Below, piece by piece: positions 36,654-44,945 of a stretch of DNA of 56,246 nt. Made by a program: the position numbers and the translations under genes. The notes under the pieces are model-generated. The model was not told the DNA's origin, did no database searches, and saw only the letters and a list, made by a program, of their open reading frames with translations. The stretch's first letter is position 1; the number at the start of each line of letters is the position of its first letter. Origin of the DNA: a virus (taxonomy: Duplodnaviria; Caudoviricetes). The stretch lies in the IMG/VR virus record IMGVR_UViG_3300029448_000047, positions 1 through 56,246 of that record; one strand, written 5' to 3'.

Positions 36654-36913
36654 TACGCTCTCTTCTTCTTTTTTCCCTTTGCGCCTTTTGCATAGTTTGG
36701 GTCTTTGCAATACTTAGATGCAGCCATGTTCGCATAAGCAGAGGGATATGTATCAAAGGTGCGCTGGGCCCACGCTTTTCCCGCAGGACATATCTTACTG
36801 CCTTTTGATTTAGCAGACGCTTTGCCACCCTTTTTAAAGTACATAACGCCTTTAGGGTTTTTACTCGGTGGTTTTGACACTTGCTGTTTCATCTGCCCTC
36901 GGGACATAGCCAT
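36653..36913 (-). CDS. Small basic protein
   Basis: KICPAGKAWA..FDTYPSAYAN motif; Lys-rich. Confidence 0.7.
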   Translation of the reverse strand: MAMSRGQMKQQVSKPPSKNPKGVMYFKKGGKASAKSKGSKICPAGKAWAQRTFDTYPSAYANMAASKYCKDPNYAKGAKGKKKKRA

Positions 36914-37085
36914 AATCACGCTCCATGTACAACTTTATGTACGATATCTCTGATGCAATAACCTCTGCTTTTTTATCTACAGAAATTAAAGTTTTAGTTG
37001 TCCAACTTGCCCAGCTATAGGTAACCGCGCCAACCCCGCCAATAAAGGCCGTAGCCACGATAACTATGAACTGCTTACCTAACAT
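36861..37085 (-). CDS. Small membrane protein
   Basis: One N-terminal hydrophobic helix. Confidence 0.55.
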   Translation of the reverse strand: MLGKQFIVIVATAFIGGVGAVTYSWASWTTKTLISVDKKAEVIASEISYIKLYMERDYGYVPRADETASVKTTE

Positions 37086-37354
37086 TTCCAACGCTTCCTT
37101 GCTTGACGAAGTCTACTGTTTGGATCCTTTGCAGCCTTCGGAAACTTCTTCATCTGTCCCGCAGAACGAGCGCAATAAGACTTGCGCCTCTTCGCGTCCT
37201 TACTGCCCTTCTTAACCTTGCCGGTAACCGCAGTCTTTAACTTAGAACCAGGGTTGGCTCTTCGATGGGCCTTTACACCCTTCTCAGTCATCCCCGCCCC
37301 AGACTTAGTGGGGCGGTAGTTTTTCTTGTTACGCTTTATAGGCTTATCAGCCAT
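37079..37354 (-). CDS. Small basic protein (DUF6321-like)
   Basis: GAGMTEKG...GSKLK...RRKSYCAR...RWKC pattern. Confidence 0.7.
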   Translation of the reverse strand: MADKPIKRNKKNYRPTKSGAGMTEKGVKAHRRANPGSKLKTAVTGKVKKGSKDAKRRKSYCARSAGQMKKFPKAAKDPNSRLRQARKRWKC

Positions 37355-37357
37355 GAT

Positions 37358-37960
37358 CTAGGCGTGAAACGCAGTAACCATGTGCGCTCCAGCTACGTCA
37401 TATGTTATGATTAAACCAACTTTAAACAAAACTCCTTCTTCAGGAATGTATACATCATCCGCGGCGTTGTTAACGCCGCTAGTTTTTGTAATAAAAGAAG
37501 AAGTTCCAGAGCCGGGCGCCAAACCATCAATAAAAGTTACTCTGTGAGAGGCACTGTTAGAGATGGTTGAGAATGCTTTTAATCGAGTTCTCTGGTCATA
37601 AAAGGACGCAGATGCCTCACTTAACATTCCCACCGAAACATTTGCTGCATACTGAGAACTACATGTAGCAGAAACGATGGTTTTAAAATACTCAGTACCT
37701 GACACGGTAGCCGCAGAACCCGTAGAAGTTATCACTTCTGTAAGAGATTCTCCGTCTAAGCCAGTACCAACTATAGTAACCGTTTTTCCGTTATCACCCG
37801 TTCCAGATGTTGTCACACTTAACTTACGAGCGTGACCCGCAGTAAAAGAAGAGTTGGCTATTGTAAAAGTCGTAGCTGGCCTATTTGCAGCGGCAACGTA
37901 TGTTGTAGACGCCGCTTGGGAGTCTACAATCGTTGTTGCTATAATATCTGAACCTGCCAT
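37358..37960 (-). CDS. Virion structural protein
   Basis: Beta-rich; TIVGT..GESLTE and IPEEGVLF motifs; follows the capsid gene. Confidence 0.65.
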   Translation of the reverse strand: MAGSDIIATTIVDSQAASTTYVAAANRPATTFTIANSSFTAGHARKLSVTTSGTGDNGKTVTIVGTGLDGESLTEVITSTGSAATVSGTEYFKTIVSATCSSQYAANVSVGMLSEASASFYDQRTRLKAFSTISNSASHRVTFIDGLAPGSGTSSFITKTSGVNNAADDVYIPEEGVLFKVGLIITYDVAGAHMVTAFHA

Positions 37961-37970
37961 CTATTTACCC

Positions 37971-38426
37971 CTAAGCGTTGTTGCTTTGTGCATAGACAAC
38001 AGTGACTGCGCCAACACCATTTCCTGTGTTTGCCGTGGTCACGATCAGCCTGTGATCTCCTGTGCCTGTGTTCAGCCACTTTCCTGTGCGCGTTGCATCA
38101 GTACCTGGACTTGCCGCCACAATACCTACTGCGTTGCCCTGAATGGCTCCAGCCGCAGTTAGAGAGGTTGCCGCACCAACACCACCAAGACCAAGAGTTG
38201 TGGCTCCGCCGCTCCACGCAGTGGTTACAGTCACATCAATTGAAATTAACTGACTGTTTGGAGGGATTATAATGTCTGTGGTTGTGGTTGTGGCCGTCTG
38301 GTCAATCGCTGCTGTCTGGGACATGACCACAAATCCAGTGTTTTTCATGTCCGAACCAACCGTTGTTCCGGTGGTGTTCTTGATTGTTCCAGCCTTAATA
38401 GGGCCTGAAAAAGTTGTTGTACCCAT
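37971..38426 (-). CDS. Capsid-associated (decoration-like) protein
   Basis: MGTTTFSGP start behind AGGAG SD; immediately downstream of MCP. Confidence 0.65.
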   Translation of the reverse strand: MGTTTFSGPIKAGTIKNTTGTTVGSDMKNTGFVVMSQTAAIDQTATTTTTDIIIPPNSQLISIDVTVTTAWSGGATTLGLGGVGAATSLTAAGAIQGNAVGIVAASPGTDATRTGKWLNTGTGDHRLIVTTANTGNGVGAVTVVYAQSNNA

Positions 38427-38501
38427 GTTATTCTCCTGTCTGGGTTTGTCAGTCGCATCATGCAACTGTCAGGGATGAAAACATGATACAATATGTTTTT
38501 T

Positions 38502-38533
38502 AAAAAAGAAAGGGGCCATCCGAAGACGGCCCC
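38502..38533 (-). terminator. Rho-independent terminator after the major capsid gene
   Basis: Minus strand GGGGCCGTC-TTCG-GATGGCCCC-TTTCTTTTTT. Confidence 0.88.
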
Positions 38534-38565
38534 AGTTTACAATACAGGGAGGTTGTATCGCAGTA

Positions 38566-39471
38566 TTATACGCCAGGAGATCCAAAAACGCAACGAGGAT
38601 CTGAGAACCCAAACGAGTAACGCTCACGGGCTTTAAACCGCATGTTACCAGTGTCGAAGTCCGCTTCCATGTTGGTTGAAAGAGGCGTCCGCTCAAAGTG
38701 GATAAATCCACGGGGAGCATCGGTCAGAACAAAAAACGCATCGGGGTCATTGAGAAAGTCGTTAACAGCATAACCGCTGGGCAACATTCCCATAGATCTC
38801 ATTGCATTTGTGTCATTGTCCGCAGTACCCGAACGAAGGTTGGAAGCGAGGATCCGCTCTGCAACAAACTGTAGTTGCCGTGGGATAATCATCTTCAAAC
38901 CACGAAGAGCAACCTTCAGACCACGCTCATCAACGAAACCAGCGATGTTGATAAGAGCGTCCTCAAGAGAGGTTTCGTTCAGATCAGCGGCTGACACGTT
39001 GTTAAGAGTTCCACCGTTAGTCAGTGGGTGGGCTGCGGAACAAAGTGCAACACCGTCACCTCCCGCTGAAGCACCCGCAGTAAACGCATTGTTAAGAACC
39101 GCAGCGGCTTTAACTTGCTTACTGTGAGCCATCGAACGAGCAAGGGCTTTGGTGTAGCGAGATCCAAGACGATCATAGAGATTGTCCTCGATTGCTTCTT
39201 CCGTAATCGAAAAGGCCAACGCCAGAGTTTCGTGATTGTAACGAGCGGTGTACGCTTCGTTGGCATCATCGTAACTTACATTGCTGCCCTCTGCCTTAGT
39301 GGGCGCAGCGCCAAATCCACTCAACATAACTTCCTCCTCGAACGCTCTGTCCGAAGATTCTGTTGTGTAGATTTCTGCGTGTTGACCTTCGTATCGGTCG
39401 TATTCCATTCCAAACAGTGCGTTCAGGCCGGGTTCTAGCTCTTTCGCTAGTTGTGCGCGAGAAATAGCCAT
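38566..39471 (-). CDS. Major capsid protein
   Basis: MAISRAQLAKELEPGLNALFG...SDRAFEEEV...RERYSFG..DPR; followed by a strong terminator. Confidence 0.88.
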   Translation of the reverse strand: MAISRAQLAKELEPGLNALFGMEYDRYEGQHAEIYTTESSDRAFEEEVMLSGFGAAPTKAEGSNVSYDDANEAYTARYNHETLALAFSITEEAIEDNLYDRLGSRYTKALARSMAHSKQVKAAAVLNNAFTAGASAGGDGVALCSAAHPLTNGGTLNNVSAADLNETSLEDALINIAGFVDERGLKVALRGLKMIIPRQLQFVAERILASNLRSGTADNDTNAMRSMGMLPSGYAVNDFLNDPDAFFVLTDAPRGFIHFERTPLSTNMEADFDTGNMRFKARERYSFGFSDPRCVFGSPGV

Positions 39472-39486
39472 TATCTATACCCTTCC

Positions 39487-40131
39487 TTATACGCCAGTTG
39501 TTGAAACAGTGCCAGCTGCAATGGAGCCTGTCGGCGCATTGAAGTGGTTGTTTAAACGAACGATTAACGGGATACCAGCAACAGTAAAGTCGTTATTTTC
39601 TGGGTCATCAAGAACACCCACAATACGACAGAACAATGTGTTGGTGGTTGCGATGGTATTTAAATCCACAGTTGCAGAAGAAATACCAGTGGTATTAGAA
39701 CCACTATTACCTGTAGCTAACGCAATGTTAGCGAAAACCGCAGCACGAATTTCTGCCTCAGTGTTAGCACCAGCAACAACGTTAGACGTTGCGATGGTAA
39801 ACAGTTGTGCAGGGTTGTCGTAAACAAACGCTTTTACAGGGAAGTTAGTGTCCGCGCCAGATCCAGGCCAGTTGTTGGAAAAGATCGTTTCACCAGTAGT
39901 TGAAGAAACGTATTCACATCCATTGAACACACCAATAGTAGAAACGTTACCGCCAGCCGCAGCTTGCAGATCGTCAATGACCCCCGCAGCAAGCGGAATA
40001 ACCGCCATACCTTGGTAGATCCTATTAGCGTTGCCAGCGGCAATACGATATTCAGTTGTACCAGTGGTGTTAGCGGCGGAACCTAAAACACCATACGGGC
40101 GGAACCCGAAAGCGACATTAGAATTTGCCAT
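39487..40131 (-). CDS. Capsid-associated protein upstream of MCP
   Basis: MAN...FGFRP start; AAGGAAGG SD region between it and MCP; operon position. Confidence 0.7.
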   Translation of the reverse strand: MANSNVAFGFRPYGVLGSAANTTGTTEYRIAAGNANRIYQGMAVIPLAAGVIDDLQAAAGGNVSTIGVFNGCEYVSSTTGETIFSNNWPGSGADTNFPVKAFVYDNPAQLFTIATSNVVAGANTEAEIRAAVFANIALATGNSGSNTTGISSATVDLNTIATTNTLFCRIVGVLDDPENNDFTVAGIPLIVRLNNHFNAPTGSIAAGTVSTTGV

Positions 40132-40147
40132 GATAGCACCTCAAATT

Positions 40148-40606
40148 TTATTCGGACCCGCTTCCGCGACCTCCGAAAGTTACACGGGATTGCCGGTTAT
40201 TACTAATCGGCATTGAAGGATGTTGCTCCTTCATTAAGTCAGAATCTACAGCGACCATTTGATCTCGGGTCCGTAACCCGTAGTAATCGGCTCGTTCTTT
40301 CGCTGTTTCTTCAGGCAGTCTGCAAAGCATTAGTCCACCGTTACCGATTATCCCTGAATACTGACCCTCATCTATTGTGGGGTACGCACGGTCGGGGTAC
40401 TCATCTGCGCGAACAGGTTCCCATCCTTCGCGAAGTTTGGCATAGACATTAGTCTTGTCTTCCTCACCACGCATGGATATTCGGATCCATCGTTGCACAT
40501 AACCCACCGGGGGGTCGGGAGCCTCTAATCGTTGGGGCGGAGCCCATGGTTTACGCCGCTCAGTATTTTCGCGAGTTGAGCTTTCTCGAGTTTTTCTTTC
40601 AGCCAT
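40148..40606 (-). CDS. Conserved head-region protein
   Basis: WAPP...RWIR...REGWEPV...GGLMLC pattern. Confidence 0.7.
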   Translation of the reverse strand: MAERKTRESSTRENTERRKPWAPPQRLEAPDPPVGYVQRWIRISMRGEEDKTNVYAKLREGWEPVRADEYPDRAYPTIDEGQYSGIIGNGGLMLCRLPEETAKERADYYGLRTRDQMVAVDSDLMKEQHPSMPISNNRQSRVTFGGRGSGSE

Positions 40607-40609
40607 GGT

Positions 40610-41509
40610 CTAATCCTTCACAAATTTTGCGTATTCAGCGAGAGGGACGTTAAGTTTCTTCGCCATAATAACTTGCCTCTGGGTCAGCCTGACCGACTTA
40701 GTACGCTTCTGGTTAGTGTTACGAGAGGCTGAGGATGCAGCAGAAGCGACCTGGGCACCCCCTCCCGATTTCTTAACAGCAAACTTGTTTGGAAACTCCG
40801 AACGCATTCGCCTATCTACCTCTGTATAGTAGTCATCGGACGTTGGGTCAAACCCTTCTTGAGTAACCATCCTATTGTGGATAGCAAACACAGACGCCGT
40901 CATTACGTCATCGTCACCAAACCAAGTGTTTTTCTTAGCCCAAGCATCTGCTTTAGGATCTACTTGTGGTGACTGTTGTTGTTGAGGAGCGGCCGGCTGT
41001 TGAACAGGTTGTTGCGCCTGTTGTTCTACCCGCTGTTTGGCAGCTTCAAAGCGGCTTTCATCGTACTGAGCCCTGTTTAAAGCCTTTTGCGCGGCCAACA
41101 TGGCTTCAGTATCGCCATCGTCCGCGGCTTGAAGATATGCTTTCTCCGCTGCGGATGTCTCAGACTGAACACGATTTCCGTATTCATTGAGATACCCAGT
41201 ATCTAGTTGTTGAACTCTTGCCTGAAGCTGCCTGTTTTGCTCTGCTAGCTTTTCCGCAATTTTAGTCGCTTCTTCTCGGCTAACCTGTTCATCACGATAC
41301 CGCTGGTTAAGTTGGCGTATGCGTTTCTGCACACCCTTACTATACTCATCCAGTTCTTCCGGATCTTCCGCTACAGGTTCAGGAACAATTTCAACCTCGG
41401 GTTCTGGCTCTGGTTCAGGAGAAGCCTTCGCTTCTTTAGGCTCCTCTTCTTGACCCTCAATCTCAACTTCAATTTCTTCTTCTACCTCGTTAGACATGTC
41501 TGACATCAT
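40610..41509 (-). CDS. Scaffolding-like protein
   Basis: Acidic N-terminus, YSKGVQKRI coiled coil, WAKKNTWFG, C-terminal LNVPLAEYAK. Confidence 0.7.
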   Translation of the reverse strand: MMSDMSNEVEEEIEVEIEGQEEEPKEAKASPEPEPEPEVEIVPEPVAEDPEELDEYSKGVQKRIRQLNQRYRDEQVSREEATKIAEKLAEQNRQLQARVQQLDTGYLNEYGNRVQSETSAAEKAYLQAADDGDTEAMLAAQKALNRAQYDESRFEAAKQRVEQQAQQPVQQPAAPQQQQSPQVDPKADAWAKKNTWFGDDDVMTASVFAIHNRMVTQEGFDPTSDDYYTEVDRRMRSEFPNKFAVKKSGGGAQVASAASSASRNTNQKRTKSVRLTQRQVIMAKKLNVPLAEYAKFVKD

Positions 41510-41957
41510 CTGGCTCCAACAATGTTGCGATTACTTCATCGTCATTAAGAATACGGACTTCTCCGCCATCGATCTTAAATCGAGATCCGGAGTATCTGCC
41601 GATACAAACCCATTGGCCTTCTTTGCACCAAGATGTGCCTTCAAACTTGTCTTGATCCTTATATGCCAAAGGGCCCAACTTGAGAACATATGCCACAACA
41701 GTAGCAATAGTTTCTCTTTCCCGAACCTCGTCCGGTATATGCAGGCCAGAAGCTGTTTTTGATTTTCCTTGATATGGCATGACCAAAACCCGCCATCCGG
41801 TAGGTTGTGGTAATCTTTCCATCAAGGTCTTGTCCAGAAGGGAAGGGTCTAACACCCGAGCTTCGGGGGGAACATACGCTGTTTCGGAAACGTCTTTAGA
41901 TCGATTGTCCTTAACTTTTTTAGCTACATGTTCAGGAAGAAATAATGTCTTCGACAT
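41490..41957 (-). CDS. groES: Co-chaperonin GroES-like protein
   Basis: PTGWRVLV, KTASGLHIP mobile loop, YSG, RILNDDEVIA. Confidence 0.88.
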   Translation of the reverse strand: MSKTLFLPEHVAKKVKDNRSKDVSETAYVPPEARVLDPSLLDKTLMERLPQPTGWRVLVMPYQGKSKTASGLHIPDEVRERETIATVVAYVLKLGPLAYKDQDKFEGTSWCKEGQWVCIGRYSGSRFKIDGGEVRILNDDEVIATLLEPDDVRHV

Positions 41958-42150
41958 CGTCTTGATTACTCTCCAACAGGGTCTTGATTTCTTCTTGTGC
42001 TAGGGAAAGGCCCCGAATTTCCCCGACAAGCATCTTGTAGTCTTCCCAAGTTTTAACGCTACCTTGGGACATAGCGAATGCAATGTCACTCTCCCTTGCA
42101 CGAAGAACTTTGTATAAGTACTTAGAAAAGTCTACTACATCCATAAGCAT
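41932..42150 (-). CDS. Conserved hypothetical protein
   Basis: G..K.WEDYK..VGEIRGL pattern upstream of GroES. Confidence 0.7.
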   Translation of the reverse strand: MLMDVVDFSKYLYKVLRARESDIAFAMSQGSVKTWEDYKMLVGEIRGLSLAQEEIKTLLESNQDDVEDIISS

Positions 42151-42176
42151 ATCCGTATGTCCGTCTTATGACGTTG

Positions 42177-42851
42177 TCAATCGTCGTTGTATATATTGTC
42201 GAAGATTTTAGTAACGTCTAACGTGTAATCTAAGTCAGACTTAGAGTAATGTATGTGTTGAGAGGGACGAAAGTCAGGAGCGCCCTCCCCCGTTTCAAAC
42301 CAAGCAGGGTGCGTTACCCGCACTCGATTGTTAGGCAAAGCTACAATATTACCTGTATACTCACCCGCATCCAACAACTCCAATACATGGCTCTGCTTAT
42401 GCTGGGCAGGATCATCAGCTATCTCGCTGTCTGTGTAATCCACTGTAAACAAATACTTTGCAGGATAGAACTCACTGTCTATCTTTGCCATCCAAGGACA
42501 AGGCGTTGCCCTGTCTAACTTGTAAACCGCATGAGTATGCGATGAACAATCCCAAGGTTGGGCCGAATGCACCGCCATGGGCATAGGCCACTCCTCGTAT
42601 GGAGTATCCGCTACTAACGCCGTGATTGGCATTCTTGCCCACATTGCGCCACCATGCACGTTAGGTGTGTCTTCTATGTCAGCCTCACAACCAGTGAAGA
42701 TAACTTGAAAGCTCAAGCACCTATTAGGCATGGTGGTGACGGCAATCGCCATCGCATGTAAGAACTCCCCGTGATACCCGTTATGATTATATGTATACTC
42801 TCTCCGTACCCAGCATTTAAAATGTGGGATATTACTTTGAAGGTATGGCAT
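42177..42851 (-). CDS. Conserved phage protein of unknown function
   Basis: AGGAG SD; GGAMWARMPI, QPWDC, QHKQSH, ALPNNR motifs. Confidence 0.75.
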   Translation of the reverse strand: MPYLQSNIPHFKCWVRREYTYNHNGYHGEFLHAMAIAVTTMPNRCLSFQVIFTGCEADIEDTPNVHGGAMWARMPITALVADTPYEEWPMPMAVHSAQPWDCSSHTHAVYKLDRATPCPWMAKIDSEFYPAKYLFTVDYTDSEIADDPAQHKQSHVLELLDAGEYTGNIVALPNNRVRVTHPAWFETGEGAPDFRPSQHIHYSKSDLDYTLDVTKIFDNIYNDD

Positions 42852-42859
42852 TTCTCTCC

Positions 42860-43075
42860 TTAATATATGGAATGTTTCGTTGGATCTTCTAACCGTGTCG
42901 GCACACAGTACGCTACAGCGCGATCTGATAACCCAATCCCATGAGTAGAGTACCTCTTAACCAATGACTCGGCTACCTTGTTGCAGTAGTTTACCTGTTT
43001 AAAGTACATGTCATCAATAACTAAAGTACGCTCGTCCCCATACCCTAGATACAGCATGAGGACGAACACATGCAT
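42860..43075 (-). CDS. Small hypothetical protein (hydrophobic N-terminus, two Cys)
   Basis: Coupled to the endolysin stop. Confidence 0.6.
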   Translation of the reverse strand: MHVFVLMLYLGYGDERTLVIDDMYFKQVNYCNKVAESLVKRYSTHGIGLSDRAVAYCVPTRLEDPTKHSIY

Positions 43076-43527
43076 TAGAACATGATCTCGAAATGTGGAG
43101 CATCAATAAAGGGCCTACGCCCCTGTGAACGCCTTATGTCTATGTAAGAGTTCATGGCATTCTCTGCGTTTCCTTCCCAAGCACCAAGATCATCAATAGT
43201 CCACGCAGCACCCCACCGTATCTTAACCCCTGCAGCCTCTGCTCCTTCTTTCATGGCATCAGCAATCTCATCATACAGGTTCAATTCCCACCGACCACCA
43301 TCAATGTAAGCCATCAGATCAACGGCATTGCCGTGAATGTGCTTTGACTTCATGGTTTGCGAGGCCCCTTTCGCGACCAACGCCTTTTGCTCCTCTATCG
43401 TTCTGACGCCACAAATCACGCTGAAGTCCTGCTTCGTAACGCCTATGGCGTACTTCACGACAGTTACCAGATTTTCGTTGACACCTTCTAGCCTTGATAG
43501 GCTTCGCTTTCCTAACTTGTATCCCAT
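43075..43527 (-). CDS. Endolysin, M15 (L-Ala-D-Glu peptidase-like) family
   Basis: RSLSRLEGV, GVRT.EEQ, SKH..GNAVD, WG..W, DAPHFE zinc motifs. Confidence 0.9.
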   Translation of the reverse strand: MGYKLGKRSLSRLEGVNENLVTVVKYAIGVTKQDFSVICGVRTIEEQKALVAKGASQTMKSKHIHGNAVDLMAYIDGGRWELNLYDEIADAMKEGAEAAGVKIRWGAAWTIDDLGAWEGNAENAMNSYIDIRRSQGRRPFIDAPHFEIMF

Positions 43528-43529
43528 AA

Positions 43530-43985
43530 TTATTTCCCCGCATATTTAGAGATTGCTCTATTTCCAAACCAAAAAGCCAACACTGCACTGAACAAACCAG
43601 AGGTTTCTCCATCCCACATCAAGTCAACAGCCTGCATCCAATCACCACCAGCCTCCGTAACTTTAATCATAATCACAACCTTCGTGGCTACGAACAATCC
43701 GAAAAAGGCATAAGTAACAATAGGACGAACACTACCCCGAAGAGCGTTGATAAATTTTCCAGCGTCGATAGCTCGATCATGCTCATACAACCCCCTTGTT
43801 TCTTCAATGTCTGCCTTCTTGTCTAGCTCAACAAGCTTCATCTCAGAGCGTCTTTGAGCAAGCTCCGTCTCTAACTGCATCATCTCCATGCGATGCTTCT
43901 GCGCTTGGTTTGCCTTAAAATATTCAAGAACAGAAGGCAGGAACGAACTGCCGAAACCAAGTAAACTTCCTAGTAATGCCATCAT
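43530..43985 (-). CDS. Holin-like membrane protein (3TM type)
   Basis: SVRPIVTY and FWFGNR motifs; adjacent to the endolysin. Confidence 0.7.
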   Translation of the reverse strand: MMALLGSLLGFGSSFLPSVLEYFKANQAQKHRMEMMQLETELAQRRSEMKLVELDKKADIEETRGLYEHDRAIDAGKFINALRGSVRPIVTYAFFGLFVATKVVIMIKVTEAGGDWMQAVDLMWDGETSGLFSAVLAFWFGNRAISKYAGK

Positions 43986-44182
43986 TTTTCTGATCCTAAC
44001 CATACGGCGAATGCGCCCGTCATGGCGCCCGTTACAGTTGCAGTCAGCGCAGTAGCTTGCGTACTAACAACATCCTGCGGCAACGACATAAACCACTCAA
44101 TCACACGAATATACATAACAGTCATCACCAACATCATAAATCTAGGCATAATCCTCCATGCCAAAAACTTCTCCATAGTCAT
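43982..44182 (-). CDS. Small two-TM membrane protein
   Basis: WRIMPR plus two hydrophobic helices. Confidence 0.65.
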   Translation of the reverse strand: MTMEKFLAWRIMPRFMMLVMTVMYIRVIEWFMSLPQDVVSTQATALTATVTGAMTGAFAVWLGSEK

Positions 44183-44448
44183 TAGAAACCTCCTTTCAGG
44201 CCATCTAATATCTCCGATAAACTAGGTCGCTTGTCCTTCTTCTCATAAAGACAACTAAAAACCTTCGGACATTCTGAAAAACTCTTCGTAGGGTAATGAT
44301 ACCCCAAACCTCCAAAACCCGCTGTAAATCTGTAGACACAAACCTTTTGACCGTTTCCGTCTGTAAACCGTTTCCATAAGTGACACTGAACATGAGTAGG
44401 GTTGGCTACTCCCGCAAGCGTTGCAGACAACATTAAAACTTTTATCAT
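44182..44448 (-). CDS. Secreted Cys-containing small protein
   Basis: Signal-peptide-like MIKVLMLSATLAG; four Cys; ATGA overlap. Confidence 0.55.
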   Translation of the reverse strand: MIKVLMLSATLAGVANPTHVQCHLWKRFTDGNGQKVCVYRFTAGFGGLGYHYPTKSFSECPKVFSCLYEKKDKRPSLSEILDGLKGGF

Positions 44449-44924
44449 TGCGTAACCAATACTATTAAATAAATCCCACCGCCCAAAGCACCAACTATGC
44501 CTAAACACAAACCACCAATAGCCATATTGTTCTGTATTTGGCGCTTGGCTTCCATAGCGCGATACACCGTTTCTTCGCGTTCTGCGCGTATCTTGCGCCG
44601 CATACCCAACATCTCATCGTAAGTCCCCAAGCCAAACCTGTAGTCCAGCATGAACTTAATTTCTTTCTCTTTCTCCATCAGGGTCTTCTTGCGGATCACG
44701 ATATCCATAGCTTCTTGCTCTATGTTATCAGTTCCGTGTGTTTTCTTATCCAACCACGTAGGGTTTTTACGTTGTGTTTCTGCCTTGGAAATATCTGCAA
44801 CAGCACAGTACCACTGCCCAAGCTGTTTGCTAACGTCCTGCATTTCACGGCCGGCGCCAACGAGCATTTTTACGCCCTTAAAGGCCGCGTTAGCTGCTGC
44901 AAAGGCTGTGACAGGATCTATCAT
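44445..44924 (-). CDS. Membrane-anchored hypothetical protein
   Basis: MIDPVTA start, coiled coil, C-terminal TM helix. Confidence 0.7.
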   Translation of the reverse strand: MIDPVTAFAAANAAFKGVKMLVGAGREMQDVSKQLGQWYCAVADISKAETQRKNPTWLDKKTHGTDNIEQEAMDIVIRKKTLMEKEKEIKFMLDYRFGLGTYDEMLGMRRKIRAEREETVYRAMEAKRQIQNNMAIGGLCLGIVGALGGGIYLIVLVTQ

Positions 44925-44945
44925 AACACATCTCTAACTAGGGAT

